64,000 nt of DNA from Acidobacteriaceae bacterium (lineage in GTDB: Bacteria; Acidobacteriota; Terriglobia; Terriglobales; Acidobacteriaceae). Under the pieces are notes generated by a model that was not told the origin of the DNA, ran no database searches, and saw only the letters and a program-made list of their open reading frames with translations. A program made the translations under genes and the position numbers. The stretch spans positions 34 to 64,033 of the forward strand of contig DASYBJ010000068.1 of NCBI GenBank assembly GCA_036500845.1, in the 5' to 3' direction. Of the stretch, positions 1-9,824 are shown piece by piece. Numbering within the stretch: the first letter of the stretch is position 1; each line of letters begins with the position of its first letter.

Positions 1-17
1 CTAACGACCGGTAACTC

Positions 18-428
18 TCAACTCGCAGGTGTTACTTGGCTGCGGGCTGCGGTGATCCTGCGGCTCCTGGGCGCCAGCCTACGGGCGATCCGACGGAAGA
101 GGGGCTCAATTTCCGGGCAGGCATAGTAGACCTGCCGGTTGAGAGCCATCAACATCTGAATGGCCTCGACCTGCGGGTCGGCACTGCTGAGCGTTCCCAT
201 CTGGGCAGCACTGAGAGCATACTCGTCCGCCAGATACTCGATCGCGTGGCCCAGGATCTCAAGCGCGCGTCCGTCCATAGGCGAAAGCCTGCGGCGCACT
301 CCGCGTCCGGCAGGGAGATCAGGTGCCGCCTGAATCGTCTCGGACTCGTGGTTCTCCCATGAAGTGCTCCTGCCGATTGGCGTCGAGAAGAAGGATTCGG
401 TTGGCATAGTGTTCGCGTCTGAGAACAC
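18..428 (-). CDS. hypothetical protein, no recognisable domain
   Basis: 136-codon ORF with GTG at 428 and first ATG at 407. Its amino-acid composition is ordinary, unlike the Arg/Pro-rich antisense ORF 36..362. I can assign no motif. Confidence 0.4.
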   Translation of the reverse strand: MFSDANTMPTESFFSTPIGRSTSWENHESETIQAAPDLPAGRGVRRRLSPMDGRALEILGHAIEYLADEYALSAAQMGTLSSADPQVEAIQMLMALNRQVYYACPEIEPLFRRIARRLAPRSRRITAARSQVTPAS

Positions 429-957
429 TATCGGCCATCGCAGTGCATGCCATTAAACAGATTTCTTCACGCTTTGACCTGTAGTTTCAAGTTGAAACAG
501 TGTGTACCGATTCGGAACGGCACTCGAAGACATTCCGCTCATTCAGAGCTCTCGAACCTCGCCTGCAACGCACATCTCCGCTGTTCCCTAGAAGGATCGG
601 CACCCACTTGCAGCGACTCGAATTGCTTTTTGAGCAGACTTTCGCCGTGATCTCGCCTATGGAAGTGAGCGGACTTGCGGCGGCACCAAAATTGCACCAA
701 AGGAGACCCACCAATTTTTTGAACAGAGCTGCAGGTTTGTTCCACGGCAAGCGTCGTCGAATCACTTCTCCCCGCTTTTGATGAGGTCACTTACCGGGTG
801 CCGGAGCCGGAAGGAGCCCATCACGGTTGGTGTAAGCTAGAGGAAAGGCACGTCGTAGGACACCTCCAGAGCGTTTCCGCCAGCGCGATCCCCTGCTGTT
901 GAGGCTGTTTCGTCAACAGCGTAACCGGAACAGACACGAGATCCCGAGTGAGCTTGC

Positions 958-1365
958 ATGCACCAGCATGAGTATTTCTGGAACTATCTGCCACTTCTAT
1001 TGCAAATCCTCATCGCTACTGCGTTAGGCGGGGGTATGGTTCTGGGCTCGCGTTTCATTGGACGGCACCGGAACACGCCGGTAAAACTGGCCGCCTACGA
1101 GTGCGGGATCGAGGCGGAAGGCGACGCTCGCGGCCGTTTTTCTGTGCGTTTTTATATGGTTGCGATGCTCTTCATCCTTTTCGACGTGGAGTCAGTCTTC
1201 ATGTTGCCTTGGGCGGTGGTCTACCGGGATCTCCCCAAGCTCGGAGCTTCGCGTTTTTTTGGCTTCTGGGAGATGGTGGTCTACCTCGGTTTCGTTCTTG
1301 TTGGCTTCTTCTACATTTGGAAGAAGGGAATCTTAGATTGGTCCTCCGATAAGGCTGACTTGTAA
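958..1365 (+). CDS. nuoA: NADH-quinone oxidoreductase subunit A
   Basis: 135 aa polytopic protein with the ND3/NuoA core AAYECGIE...FILFDVE. It is the first gene of the nuo cluster. Confidence 0.93.
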   Translation: MHQHEYFWNYLPLLLQILIATALGGGMVLGSRFIGRHRNTPVKLAAYECGIEAEGDARGRFSVRFYMVAMLFILFDVESVFMLPWAVVYRDLPKLGASRFFGFWEMVVYLGFVLVGFFYIWKKGILDWSSDKADL

Positions 1366-1371
1366 TCGCAT

Positions 1372-1863
1372 ATGGACTCTGCTCAACAGAGAGATACCGT
1401 TCTAAAAGATCACTCGGAAAACCGGGCCGTCGCTTCCCTTCTCGCTGCAATCCCCAACTCGATTGTGAACGCGAAGTTCGACCGCCAGGAGTTGACGCTC
1501 TGGATCGCCCGGGATGACATTCGTTTCGCGGCCAAGACGGTCCGCGATGCAGGCTATGACTTTCTAGTCGATGTCACATGCGTCGACTGGTATCCGAGCG
1601 AGCCGCGCTTCGAGGTCACATACCATATCCTCTCGCTCACCCTAAAGCAACGCGTGCGTTTGTGCGTGCTCGTCGACAGTCTTGAGCCGGAAGTCGCCAG
1701 CATTACGCCGATCTGGCCGTCGGCCAACTTCTACGAGCGTGAGGTCTTCGATCTTTTCGGTGTGCGCTTCGGCGGCCATCCCAACCTGCGGCGGATTATG
1801 ATGCCGGACGAGTGGGAGGGCCATCCCTTACGCAAGGACTACCCGGTGGAGGGTTACCGCTAA
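1372..1863 (+). CDS. nuoC: NADH-quinone oxidoreductase subunit C (30 kDa)
   Basis: 163 aa with the NuoC signature FYEREVFDLFGVRFGGHPNLRRIMMPDEWEGHPLRKDYP. It starts 6 nt after the nuoA stop. Confidence 0.93.
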   Translation: MDSAQQRDTVLKDHSENRAVASLLAAIPNSIVNAKFDRQELTLWIARDDIRFAAKTVRDAGYDFLVDVTCVDWYPSEPRFEVTYHILSLTLKQRVRLCVLVDSLEPEVASITPIWPSANFYEREVFDLFGVRFGGHPNLRRIMMPDEWEGHPLRKDYPVEGYR

Positions 1864-3089
1864 TGGATGCAGCAGATTTTGCGATCTCTCCTCTGATCGA
1901 ACCTCGCGTGACAGAAGGCTCGCAGGACCGCACCATGGTCCTAAACATGGGCCCCCAGCACCCCTCGACCCATGGAGTATTGCGGCTGGTGCTCGAAATT
2001 GACGGCGAGACCGTGCTGCGCGTCGTTCCCGACATCGGTTTTCTACATACCGGCATCGAGAAGACCTGCGAAGCCAAGTTCTATCAGCAAGTCGTACCGC
2101 TGACCGATCGCATCGATTACCTGAGCCCGATGTCGAATAATCTCTGTTATTGTCTTGCGGTCGAAAAGCTGCTCGAACTTGAGATTCCGCCCCGTGCTCA
2201 GTTCCTTCGCGTTCTGCTGAATGAACTCACCCGTATCCAATCGCACCTGGTGTGGCTCGGCACCCACGCCATGGATATCGGGGCGCTCACTGTCTTCCTC
2301 TACACCTTCCGCGAACGCGAGGAGATCCTAAAGATCTTCGAAGACGTCAGCGGGCAGCGCATGATGGGTTCGTACTTCCGGATCGGTGGAGTTTCACTTG
2401 AACCTCCCGTGGATTTCTACGAGCGCGTGCAAAACCTGCTGCGCATCATGCCGGAAAAGATTGACGAATACGAAAACCTGCTCAACGGAAACCCGATCTG
2501 GCAGCGCCGCTTGCAGGGCGTCGGCTATCTGAGTGCCGCCGATGCCATTGCGCTCGGTGTGACCGGGCCGCCTCTGCGGGCAAGCGGCGTCAATTGGGAT
2601 CTGCGCCGCGATATGCCCTACTCCGGTTACGAGAAGTTTCAGTTCAAGGTGCCGGTCTCCGACGTCGGGGACGTCTGGACGCGGTACGTTCTTCGCATGC
2701 AGGAGATGCGCGAGTCGGTGAAAATATGCCAACAGGCGCTCGATGGAATGCCTGAGGGCCCTCTAAAGGCGGACGCGCCAAAGGTCGTCCTGCCCGATCG
2801 CGAGAAGATGAAGACTCAGATGGAGTCGCTGATCTATCACTTCAAAATCGTGACCGAAGGTTTTGCCGTCCCCCCGGGAGAGGTGTACCAGGCCATCGAG
2901 TCGCCGCGCGGCGAGATGGGCTACTTCGTAGTGAGTGATGGTACGGCAAAACCGTACCGCGTGCATATGCGCAACCCAACTTTCGCATCGCTCCAGGCAC
3001 TCGAGACAATGTGTGTGGGACGCCTGCTTGCTGATGTAGTTGCCGTGATCGGTTCGATCGATATCGTTCTGGGAGAAATAGATCGATGA
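1863..3089 (+). CDS. nuoD: NADH-quinone oxidoreductase subunit D (49 kDa)
   Basis: The in-frame ATG at 1863 overlaps the nuoC stop (TAATG). Motifs GPQHPSTHGVLRL and C-terminal DIVLGEIDR are present. Confidence 0.95.
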   Translation: MDAADFAISPLIEPRVTEGSQDRTMVLNMGPQHPSTHGVLRLVLEIDGETVLRVVPDIGFLHTGIEKTCEAKFYQQVVPLTDRIDYLSPMSNNLCYCLAVEKLLELEIPPRAQFLRVLLNELTRIQSHLVWLGTHAMDIGALTVFLYTFREREEILKIFEDVSGQRMMGSYFRIGGVSLEPPVDFYERVQNLLRIMPEKIDEYENLLNGNPIWQRRLQGVGYLSAADAIALGVTGPPLRASGVNWDLRRDMPYSGYEKFQFKVPVSDVGDVWTRYVLRMQEMRESVKICQQALDGMPEGPLKADAPKVVLPDREKMKTQMESLIYHFKIVTEGFAVPPGEVYQAIESPRGEMGYFVVSDGTAKPYRVHMRNPTFASLQALETMCVGRLLADVVAVIGSIDIVLGEIDR

Positions 3090-3469
3090 TCGAAGGCGGT
3101 GGGGAACAGCTCCTTTCGTTTTCCTACACAGTGCGCGTCCGTTGGGAACTTTGGGAATCGCTTCTCTCTATGCTGCGGGTCTATGCGAACGCCGCCAGCC
3201 TCACCCACGGAGAATTCGTGGTAACGGCTCTCTCGGATGCGGCTTGCGTGCAGCATAACGGCTATCTGCTCTCGCTGCAGCTGGATGCGGAGAGTGGAAT
3301 CGTGAGCTGGGCTGTGAAAGGACCGGCAGCTGTCGATGATCGGCGCAGTTTCGAACTCCTGGAAAGCGGTGTCCTGCTCGCTGCCGGCCAGGAAAGAGAA
3401 TTAGACCGGGCGGCCATCGATTGGGTGGAAGAGCTCACCAGGATTGCGGCCCGGAAGCAGGCTTCTTGA
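3086..3469 (+). CDS. hypothetical 127-aa soluble protein embedded in the nuo operon
   Basis: The ATG overlaps the nuoD stop (ATGA) and the ORF ends 10 nt before the nuoE ATG, filling the D-E gap exactly. It has no TM segment and no Fe-S cysteine motif. Composition is protein-like. Confidence 0.6.
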   Translation: MIEGGGEQLLSFSYTVRVRWELWESLLSMLRVYANAASLTHGEFVVTALSDAACVQHNGYLLSLQLDAESGIVSWAVKGPAAVDDRRSFELLESGVLLAAGQERELDRAAIDWVEELTRIAARKQAS

Positions 3470-3479
3470 GAACAAGTCA

Positions 3480-3971
3480 ATGAGCACAGAAATGAAGAGC
3501 ATATTTTCTCCTGAGCTGGCAGCGCGCTTTGACCGTTTGGTGACTCTCTATCCCTTGCGCCGCTCCGCGCTGATACCTATGCTGCTCTACGCCCAAGACG
3601 AGATTGGCTATCTTTCCGACGAGGTCATTGCGGAGATAGCGGCGCGTATCCAGATCACAGAACTCGATGTGCGCAACGTCATCAGCTACTATTCACTGCT
3701 GCACACCAAGCCTCATGGCAAGTACCACGTCCAGGTCTGCACAAATATCAGTTGCATGCTGCGCGGCGGCAACGAGTTGTTCGAGCATTGCAAATCGCGG
3801 TTGGGCATCGGCAACAAGCAGACGACCCCCGACGGTCAATTCTCGCTCGAAGAAGTCGAGTGTATCGGCGCATGCTCGTGGGCTCCCGCTGTTCAAGTGA
3901 ACTACGATTTCCACGAGAACCTGACACCCGAGTCCATGGACAAGGTCCTCGACGCGTATCGGACGAAATAG
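3480..3971 (+). CDS. nuoE: NADH-quinone oxidoreductase subunit E (24 kDa, 2Fe-2S)
   Basis: ATG at 3480 (the ORF opens at a TTG at 3444). Cysteine pattern CTNISC...CIGAC is typical of NuoE. Confidence 0.92.
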   Translation: MSTEMKSIFSPELAARFDRLVTLYPLRRSALIPMLLYAQDEIGYLSDEVIAEIAARIQITELDVRNVISYYSLLHTKPHGKYHVQVCTNISCMLRGGNELFEHCKSRLGIGNKQTTPDGQFSLEEVECIGACSWAPAVQVNYDFHENLTPESMDKVLDAYRTK

Positions 3972-4001
3972 GCGAGCAGGAGAAGACGAACTGGAGCAAC
4001 A

Positions 4002-5318
4002 ATGGCACAACTTGTCTCCCATCCCGACGAAGTAAAACTGATCTCCTCTCGCTTTGGAAAAGGTGCGACCTCGATTGAGACCTATCTCTCCCTCGATGGA
4101 TACACGTCCGCCCGGAAAGCGATCGAGCTCGGAGCGGAGGGCATTATCGCCGAAATGAAGACCTCCAATCTGCGCGGGCGCGGAGGAGCCGGATTCCCCA
4201 CCGGGATGAAGTGGTCCTTTGTTCCGAAACAGAGCGACCGCCCGAAGTACGTGCTGGTCAATGGAGATGAGAGCGAACCGGGAACTTGCAAGGACCGGCT
4301 GATCTTCGAATACGATCCCCACTCGGTCATAGAGGGCGTCATCATCGCGGGTCTTGCGATCGGCGCAAAGATGGGGTTTATCTATCTGCGCGGCGAGTAT
4401 CGTTATCTGTTGAAGATCATGGAACGCGCCTTAGACGAGGCCTACGCAAAGGGGTTTCTGGGCAAGAACATTTTCGGCAGCACGCTCGAATTCAATATTG
4501 TTTCGCATACCGGTGCTGGAGCGTACGAAGTGGGCGAGGAGTCCGCACTGATGGAGTCGCTCGAGGGCAAGCGAGGCGTGCCGCGCATCCGTCCTCCCTT
4601 CCCGGCGGTGGTCGGCCTCTATGGCGGTCCGACGATCATCAACAATGCGGAGACGATTGCAACCGTGCCCCACATTTTCCGGATCGGGGGCGCGGAATAC
4701 GCGAAGATCGGTACCGAACGCAATGGTGGCACGCGCCTCTTCTGTTTGAGCGGAGACGTTTCTCGCCCCGGTGTCTACGAGTTGCCGATGGGATACAACC
4801 TGAAGAAGATGATCTATGAAGTGGGCGGCGGCATTCCCGATGGGAGGCAGCTGAAAGCGGTGGTGCCGGGAGGATCTTCAACCCCGGTGCTCTTGCCTTC
4901 CGAGATCGACATCGGGATGGACTTCGATCAAGTCGGGAAGGCAGGCAGCATGCTCGGTTCCGGCGGCGTGGTCGTTCTTGACGACACGGTCTGCATGGTA
5001 GAGTTCGCCCTGCGCACGATGAAGTTCTACCAACACGAGAGTTGCGGATGGTGTATTCCCTGCCGCGAGGGCACCGACTGGCTCAAAAAGACGTTGACGC
5101 GGTTTCATGCCGGAGGCGGTGTCGAAAAGGACATCGACAATATACGTTATTTGGCGGAGAACATGATGGGACGAACCTTCTGTCCGTTGGGCGATGCGGC
5201 CGCTATGCCGACCATCGGCTTCGTTAAGAAGTTTCGCAAGGAGTTTGAGGATCACTTGAACGGCAAACCATGCCCTTACGCCAATCTGGAGCAGGAGACT
5301 CTGGTGGGAGCAAGCTAG
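4002..5318 (+). CDS. nuoF: NADH-quinone oxidoreductase subunit F (51 kDa, FMN/NADH site)
   Basis: GRGGAGFPTGMKW FMN/NADH motif and ESCGWCIPCREG 4Fe-4S motif. Confidence 0.96.
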   Translation: MAQLVSHPDEVKLISSRFGKGATSIETYLSLDGYTSARKAIELGAEGIIAEMKTSNLRGRGGAGFPTGMKWSFVPKQSDRPKYVLVNGDESEPGTCKDRLIFEYDPHSVIEGVIIAGLAIGAKMGFIYLRGEYRYLLKIMERALDEAYAKGFLGKNIFGSTLEFNIVSHTGAGAYEVGEESALMESLEGKRGVPRIRPPFPAVVGLYGGPTIINNAETIATVPHIFRIGGAEYAKIGTERNGGTRLFCLSGDVSRPGVYELPMGYNLKKMIYEVGGGIPDGRQLKAVVPGGSSTPVLLPSEIDIGMDFDQVGKAGSMLGSGGVVVLDDTVCMVEFALRTMKFYQHESCGWCIPCREGTDWLKKTLTRFHAGGGVEKDIDNIRYLAENMMGRTFCPLGDAAAMPTIGFVKKFRKEFEDHLNGKPCPYANLEQETLVGAS

Positions 5319-5432
5319 CGTGTGTCTGATACCGACAAGACGTCCGGCAACAAAGACTTAGTTGGGCAGACAAATCAAAATTCGACTCCCCCGGTACATC
5401 GACGCTAGCGAGTAGACACACAGGACCGAATC

Positions 5433-7778
5433 ATGGCTGACGTAACCTTTACAGTTGATGGCAAAAAGCTGACCGCACCCGCAGGCACGCTGCTGATTGA
5501 GGCCTGCCGCGCGGCTGGCATTGCGATTCCGCAATTCTGCTACTATCCGGGATTGTCTCTGCAAGCGGCTTGCCGCATGTGTCTCGTGCGCCAGGAGAAG
5601 GTGCCTAAGCTGCAGACGGCGTGCACGACCCAGGTCGCCGAAGGGCAGGTCTTCGTGACCGACAGCCCCGAGATCACGCAGGCGCGGAAGGCTACGATCG
5701 AACTGCTCCTGGGCAACCATCCGCTCGACTGCCCCGTCTGCGATGCCGGCGGCGAATGCGAACTGCAGGACATGACCTTCAAGTACGGTGCCGGCGAGTC
5801 GCTCTACACCGAGGCCAAGCAGCATCGCGATGAGCAGCAATGGTCGCCAGTAGTCTTCTTTGACCGGCCGCGCTGCATCCTCTGCTACCGTTGCGTGCGC
5901 ATGTGTGGCGAGGGCATGGACGTATGGGCCCTAGGTGTTCAGAACCGCGGTGTCAGCAGCGTAATAGCGCCGAATAAAGAAGATCATCTGGACTGCGAAG
6001 AGTGTGGAATGTGCATCGACGCCTGCCCAGTGGGCGCGCTTACGTCTGGCACTTATCGCTACAAGACGCGGCCCTGGGAGATGAACCACGTTGCGACTGT
6101 CTGCACCCACTGCGGAGATGGTTGCAAAACCACCCTGGGTGTACGCAGTGTGGACTCGGGCGCAGAGATCGTGCGCGGAGATAACCGCGACAAGAGCGGA
6201 ATGAATGGCGACTTCCTCTGCATCAAAGGGCGCTATGCCTTCGACTTCGCCAATCACAAAGACCGGCTCACGAAACCCTTGCTGCGCGGTACCGACGGCA
6301 AGTTTCAGGAAGTAAGTTGGGAAAAGGCGCTTGAGCACACAGGGAAAAATCTCCAAGCCATTCGCGACCACAAGGGCGGCTCTTCGATAGGCGTTATCGG
6401 TTCCAACCGCACAACCAATGAAGAGAACTATCTGCTACAAAAGTTTGCCCGTAGCGTGCTTGGCACGAATAACATCGATCACCATCGCACAGCAGACTAC
6501 GTTAGCTTCGTACGGGCGCTTCAAGGGCATACCGATCGTGCGGCTTCGTTGCGCGATGCGGAGAGCGCGCCGGCCATTCTGCTGCTGGGCAACGATCCAA
6601 CAGAGCAGCACCCGCTGCTTGCCTGGAAAGTTCGCACCAATGTGCGGCTGAACAAAGCCAAGCTCTTCGTTGTGAATCACAACAACATCAAGCTGGTGCG
6701 GCAGGCGCGTGCCACCTTGGCTATCTCTCAGGACAGCTACGCGGGCGCCATCCGGTTCTTGGGTGGCGACGATTCTGCTCTGCCCGCGTCGGCCGAGGCC
6801 AAGCAATTCCGTGAAGCTGTCCGCGCGGAAAAGAATCTTCTTATCGTCTTCGGATCGGAATACCGCGGAGAGGGTATCACCGCTCTGGTCGAATTCGGTC
6901 TCGGACTGCCAAACGCGAAGTTTGCCTGCCTGGGTGACTATGCGAACTCGCGGGGCGCGGCTGATATGGGCCTCTTCCCCGATCTTCTGCCTGGGTACGT
7001 TCCAGTCGGCGCGGCGAACCCCTTTGCCGAGGAATACGGGGACCTTCTTCCCCGGGTTCCAGGGAAAGATTTGGTTAAGATGTTCGACGCGGCAGGCCGC
7101 GGTGACCTCGCAGCCCTCTATGTCGTCGGCGCGAACCCCTTCGCGCGGTACGGCGTCGAACGCGAGGCACTCACGAACACCTTCGTCGTCGTTCAGGATA
7201 TGTTCCTTACCGAGACCGCGCTTGCGGCGGACGTCGTTTTGCCCGCTGCCAACCTATACGAGAAGGCGGGGACGGTCACCAATACATACGGCGACCAACA
7301 ACTGGTGAAGAAGGCCGCAGACTTAGCCGGAGTGCGCAGCGACTTCGAGCTGATCGTCCGCATCGCTGCGAAGATGGGTGCCGATCCGAAGAAGCTGGTC
7401 CCCTTCGGCCAGGGTGTACACGCGGATATGGGCCAGAGCCGCGGCGCGCAATCAGGTGAGGCTGATCGTCACGCCGTCTGGCTCAGCGCAAACAATCTTG
7501 AACCGAAACTGAGTCCTTTCGATCCGTTCGCAATTCTCGATGAGATCGCACGGCTGGTGCCGGGATACGACCCTCCACGCTTCAACCTGATGGCGGGCAA
7601 CGATGTGCATGTGCACCCGTCGCTCGTTCAAATCACTCCGAACCGGCCGCGGCGTGACATGGTTCTACCCTCGGACGATACGCTCTTCACCTCGGGTACA
7701 CTGGGCCGTTACAGCAAGATGTTGCACTCCGTTCTGGAGTCCCGCGAAGCCCGTACCAGCGATGCGGCGGCCGATTGA
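5433..7778 (+). CDS. nuoG: NADH-quinone oxidoreductase subunit G (75 kDa)
   Basis: N-terminal 2Fe-2S and 4Fe-4S motifs (CRMCLV, HPLDCPVCDAGGEC, CILCYRCVRMC, CEECGMCIDACP), followed by a molybdopterin-oxidoreductase-like domain. Confidence 0.95.
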   Translation: MADVTFTVDGKKLTAPAGTLLIEACRAAGIAIPQFCYYPGLSLQAACRMCLVRQEKVPKLQTACTTQVAEGQVFVTDSPEITQARKATIELLLGNHPLDCPVCDAGGECELQDMTFKYGAGESLYTEAKQHRDEQQWSPVVFFDRPRCILCYRCVRMCGEGMDVWALGVQNRGVSSVIAPNKEDHLDCEECGMCIDACPVGALTSGTYRYKTRPWEMNHVATVCTHCGDGCKTTLGVRSVDSGAEIVRGDNRDKSGMNGDFLCIKGRYAFDFANHKDRLTKPLLRGTDGKFQEVSWEKALEHTGKNLQAIRDHKGGSSIGVIGSNRTTNEENYLLQKFARSVLGTNNIDHHRTADYVSFVRALQGHTDRAASLRDAESAPAILLLGNDPTEQHPLLAWKVRTNVRLNKAKLFVVNHNNIKLVRQARATLAISQDSYAGAIRFLGGDDSALPASAEAKQFREAVRAEKNLLIVFGSEYRGEGITALVEFGLGLPNAKFACLGDYANSRGAADMGLFPDLLPGYVPVGAANPFAEEYGDLLPRVPGKDLVKMFDAAGRGDLAALYVVGANPFARYGVEREALTNTFVVVQDMFLTETALAADVVLPAANLYEKAGTVTNTYGDQQLVKKAADLAGVRSDFELIVRIAAKMGADPKKLVPFGQGVHADMGQSRGAQSGEADRHAVWLSANNLEPKLSPFDPFAILDEIARLVPGYDPPRFNLMAGNDVHVHPSLVQITPNRPRRDMVLPSDDTLFTSGTLGRYSKMLHSVLESREARTSDAAAD

Positions 7779-7851
7779 CGCTCTTTGGAACGCAAACAGA
7801 TCAGGAGTGGGAAGAAGCGCAACAGCGCAAGATTGAGAAGGCGATAGACGC

Positions 7852-8901
7852 GTGAACTTTTTGACGTTTTTTGTACTGAGCCTGGTCAAGATTGCTGTAG
7901 TGCTGGTGATCTTTCTGACCGCCGTTGCATATACGGTACTGCTGGAGCGTAAAGTGGTAGGCCGCATTCAGAACCGCTGGGGACCGAGCCGTGTCGGACC
8001 TTTCGGTTTGCTCCAGCCTTTAGCCGATGGCGCCAAACTCTTTCTCAAAGAAGACATCATGCCTACAGGTGTCTACCGGCCGCTCTTTATCTTGGCGCCG
8101 ATGATCGCATTAACCTGCGCGCTGATTTCGATTGCCGTCGTGCCTTTTGGCGCGCGCATCACTTGGCATGGGGTGGACTTGTTCCAGATTGCCGATATCA
8201 ATATCGGCCTTCTGGTGATCCTGGGTGTGACTTCAGTGGGCGTCTATGGAATCGCGCTCTCTGGGTGGTCTTCGAACAACAAATATTCGCTGCTGGGCGC
8301 GCTCCGGGCAACTGCGCAGGTGATCAGTTATGAGTTGGCGCTGGGGCTTTCGCTGGTGGGAGTTGTCCTTCGCGCGGGCTCGCTGAACCTGCGGACCATC
8401 GTCGAAAGTCAGGCGGCGCACGGGCTTCTATCCTGGAACTTCTTTGGTGGATTTCAATTTGTCGCCTTCTTCATCTACCTGATGGCAGCCTACGCCGAGA
8501 CCAACCGCTCGCCTTTCGATCTTCCGGAAGCAGAGAGCGAACTCACGGCGGGCTATCACACCGAGTACAGCTCGATGAAGTTTGCCATGTTCTTTATGGC
8601 AGAGTATGCCAATATGATCACGGTCGGCTGCGTCGCTACGCTGCTCTTCTTCGGCGGTTGGACGAGTCCGTTCGGCTCGCTCATCCCACCGGTTGGCGGA
8701 GTATTCGTCCAGGCGCTGCTGCCGGTATTCTGGTTTGTCGCCAAAGTGTTCTTTTTCCTTTTCCTCTATATCTGGGTTCGCGGAACGCTGCCTCGGTTCC
8801 GCTACGATCAATTGATGGGCTTTGGCTGGAAGTTTCTCATGCCGCTGGCCATCGCTAATATCATGGTTACCAGCCTCTGGCTGGCTCTGCGCACCGCTTA
8901 G
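7852..8901 (+). CDS. nuoH: NADH-quinone oxidoreductase subunit H
   Basis: GTG start. ND1/NuoH signature RKVVGRIQNRWGPSRVGPFGLLQPLADGAKLF. Polytopic. Confidence 0.95.
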   Translation: MNFLTFFVLSLVKIAVVLVIFLTAVAYTVLLERKVVGRIQNRWGPSRVGPFGLLQPLADGAKLFLKEDIMPTGVYRPLFILAPMIALTCALISIAVVPFGARITWHGVDLFQIADINIGLLVILGVTSVGVYGIALSGWSSNNKYSLLGALRATAQVISYELALGLSLVGVVLRAGSLNLRTIVESQAAHGLLSWNFFGGFQFVAFFIYLMAAYAETNRSPFDLPEAESELTAGYHTEYSSMKFAMFFMAEYANMITVGCVATLLFFGGWTSPFGSLIPPVGGVFVQALLPVFWFVAKVFFFLFLYIWVRGTLPRFRYDQLMGFGWKFLMPLAIANIMVTSLWLALRTA

Positions 8902-9025
8902 CGCCTGGAGTAAGTTCGCGGTACCCAGGTCAGCGGCATTCTCTAAAGAGACCGGCTTTTACCCTGGAAGGGACCGAAGAATTGGGGCTCAAACCTGTGC
9001 TTTACGATTGCCCGGTGATCGACTT

Positions 9026-9517
9026 ATGTATCTAGTGCTGTTCATTCTTTTTGGAGGCTTGTGCGTGGCTGGAGCGTTGAACCTCCTGCTTCAGCGCCAC
9101 CCTATCAATAGCGCGCTTTCCTTAGTTGTAGTAATGACCTCGCTTGCTGTCCTTTACCTGTTGCTGGGGGCCGAATTTCTTGCCGCGGCACAGGTAATCG
9201 TCTATTCAGGCGCGATCATGGTGTTGTTTGTCTTCGTCATCATGTTGCTAAATGCCGGCGAAGAGGAACGCACCTTCGGAAGTAAGGCCGCCTACATTGT
9301 CGGCTTCCCGGGAGTCGCGGCATTGATCTGCACCCTTACCATCGTCTTCCTCTCGGCACGCCACCTTGGGGAGACCAGATTGGGAGATTCGCTGGTGAGC
9401 GTGCACGATCTCAGCCTGGTGCTTTTCCGTGACCTGCTGCTTCCCTTCGAGGTCACTTCTGTCTTGATTCTGATCGCCATTCTTGGCGCTGTCGCGTTGG
9501 CGAGGAAGGAGTCCTGA
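9026..9517 (+). CDS. nuoJ: NADH-quinone oxidoreductase subunit J
   Basis: In-frame ATG at 9026 (the ORF opens at 8822 inside nuoH). ND6-type hydrophobic protein [11 protein letters not shown]...[22 protein letters not shown]. Confidence 0.9.
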   Translation: MYLVLFILFGGLCVAGALNLLLQRHPINSALSLVVVMTSLAVLYLLLGAEFLAAAQVIVYSGAIMVLFVFVIMLLNAGEEERTFGSKAAYIVGFPGVAALICTLTIVFLSARHLGETRLGDSLVSVHDLSLVLFRDLLLPFEVTSVLILIAILGAVALARKES

Positions 9518-9518
9518 G

Positions 9519-9824
9519 ATGGTCGTTCCCGTCGCATACTACTTGGTCCTGAGCGCTATCCTCTTCTCGATAGGCGTGGGCGCGTTTCTGATCCGGCGCA
9601 ATATCATCACAGTTTTCATGTCGATTGAGTTGATGCTGAACGCGGTCAACTTGACCTTTGTCGCCTTCGCCCATCAATGGCATCGGGTGAGTGGTCAGAT
9701 CTTCGTCTTCTTCGTGATGGTTGTGGCAGCTGCCGAAGCTGCAGTGGGATTGGCCATCATCATCTCGATCTTCCGGGCGCGCGAAACTCTGAACGTGGAT
9801 AACGTGAATCTGATGAAACTATGA
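9519..9824 (+). CDS. nuoK: NADH-quinone oxidoreductase subunit K
   Basis: ATG at 9519, 1 nt after the nuoJ stop. ND4L motif [18 protein letters not shown]. Confidence 0.93.
   Translation: MVVPVAYYLVLSAILFSIGVGAFLIRRNIITVFMSIELMLNAVNLTFVAFAHQWHRVSGQIFVFFVMVVAAAEAAVGLAIIISIFRARETLNVDNVNLMKL

Noticed and set aside
8822-9025. The 5' extension of the nuoJ ORF and the H-J gap, considered as a possible degenerate nuoI.
   Set aside because: The extension overlaps nuoH in another frame, has no CxxCxxCxxxCP motifs, and is far too short to encode a NuoI of about 160 aa.
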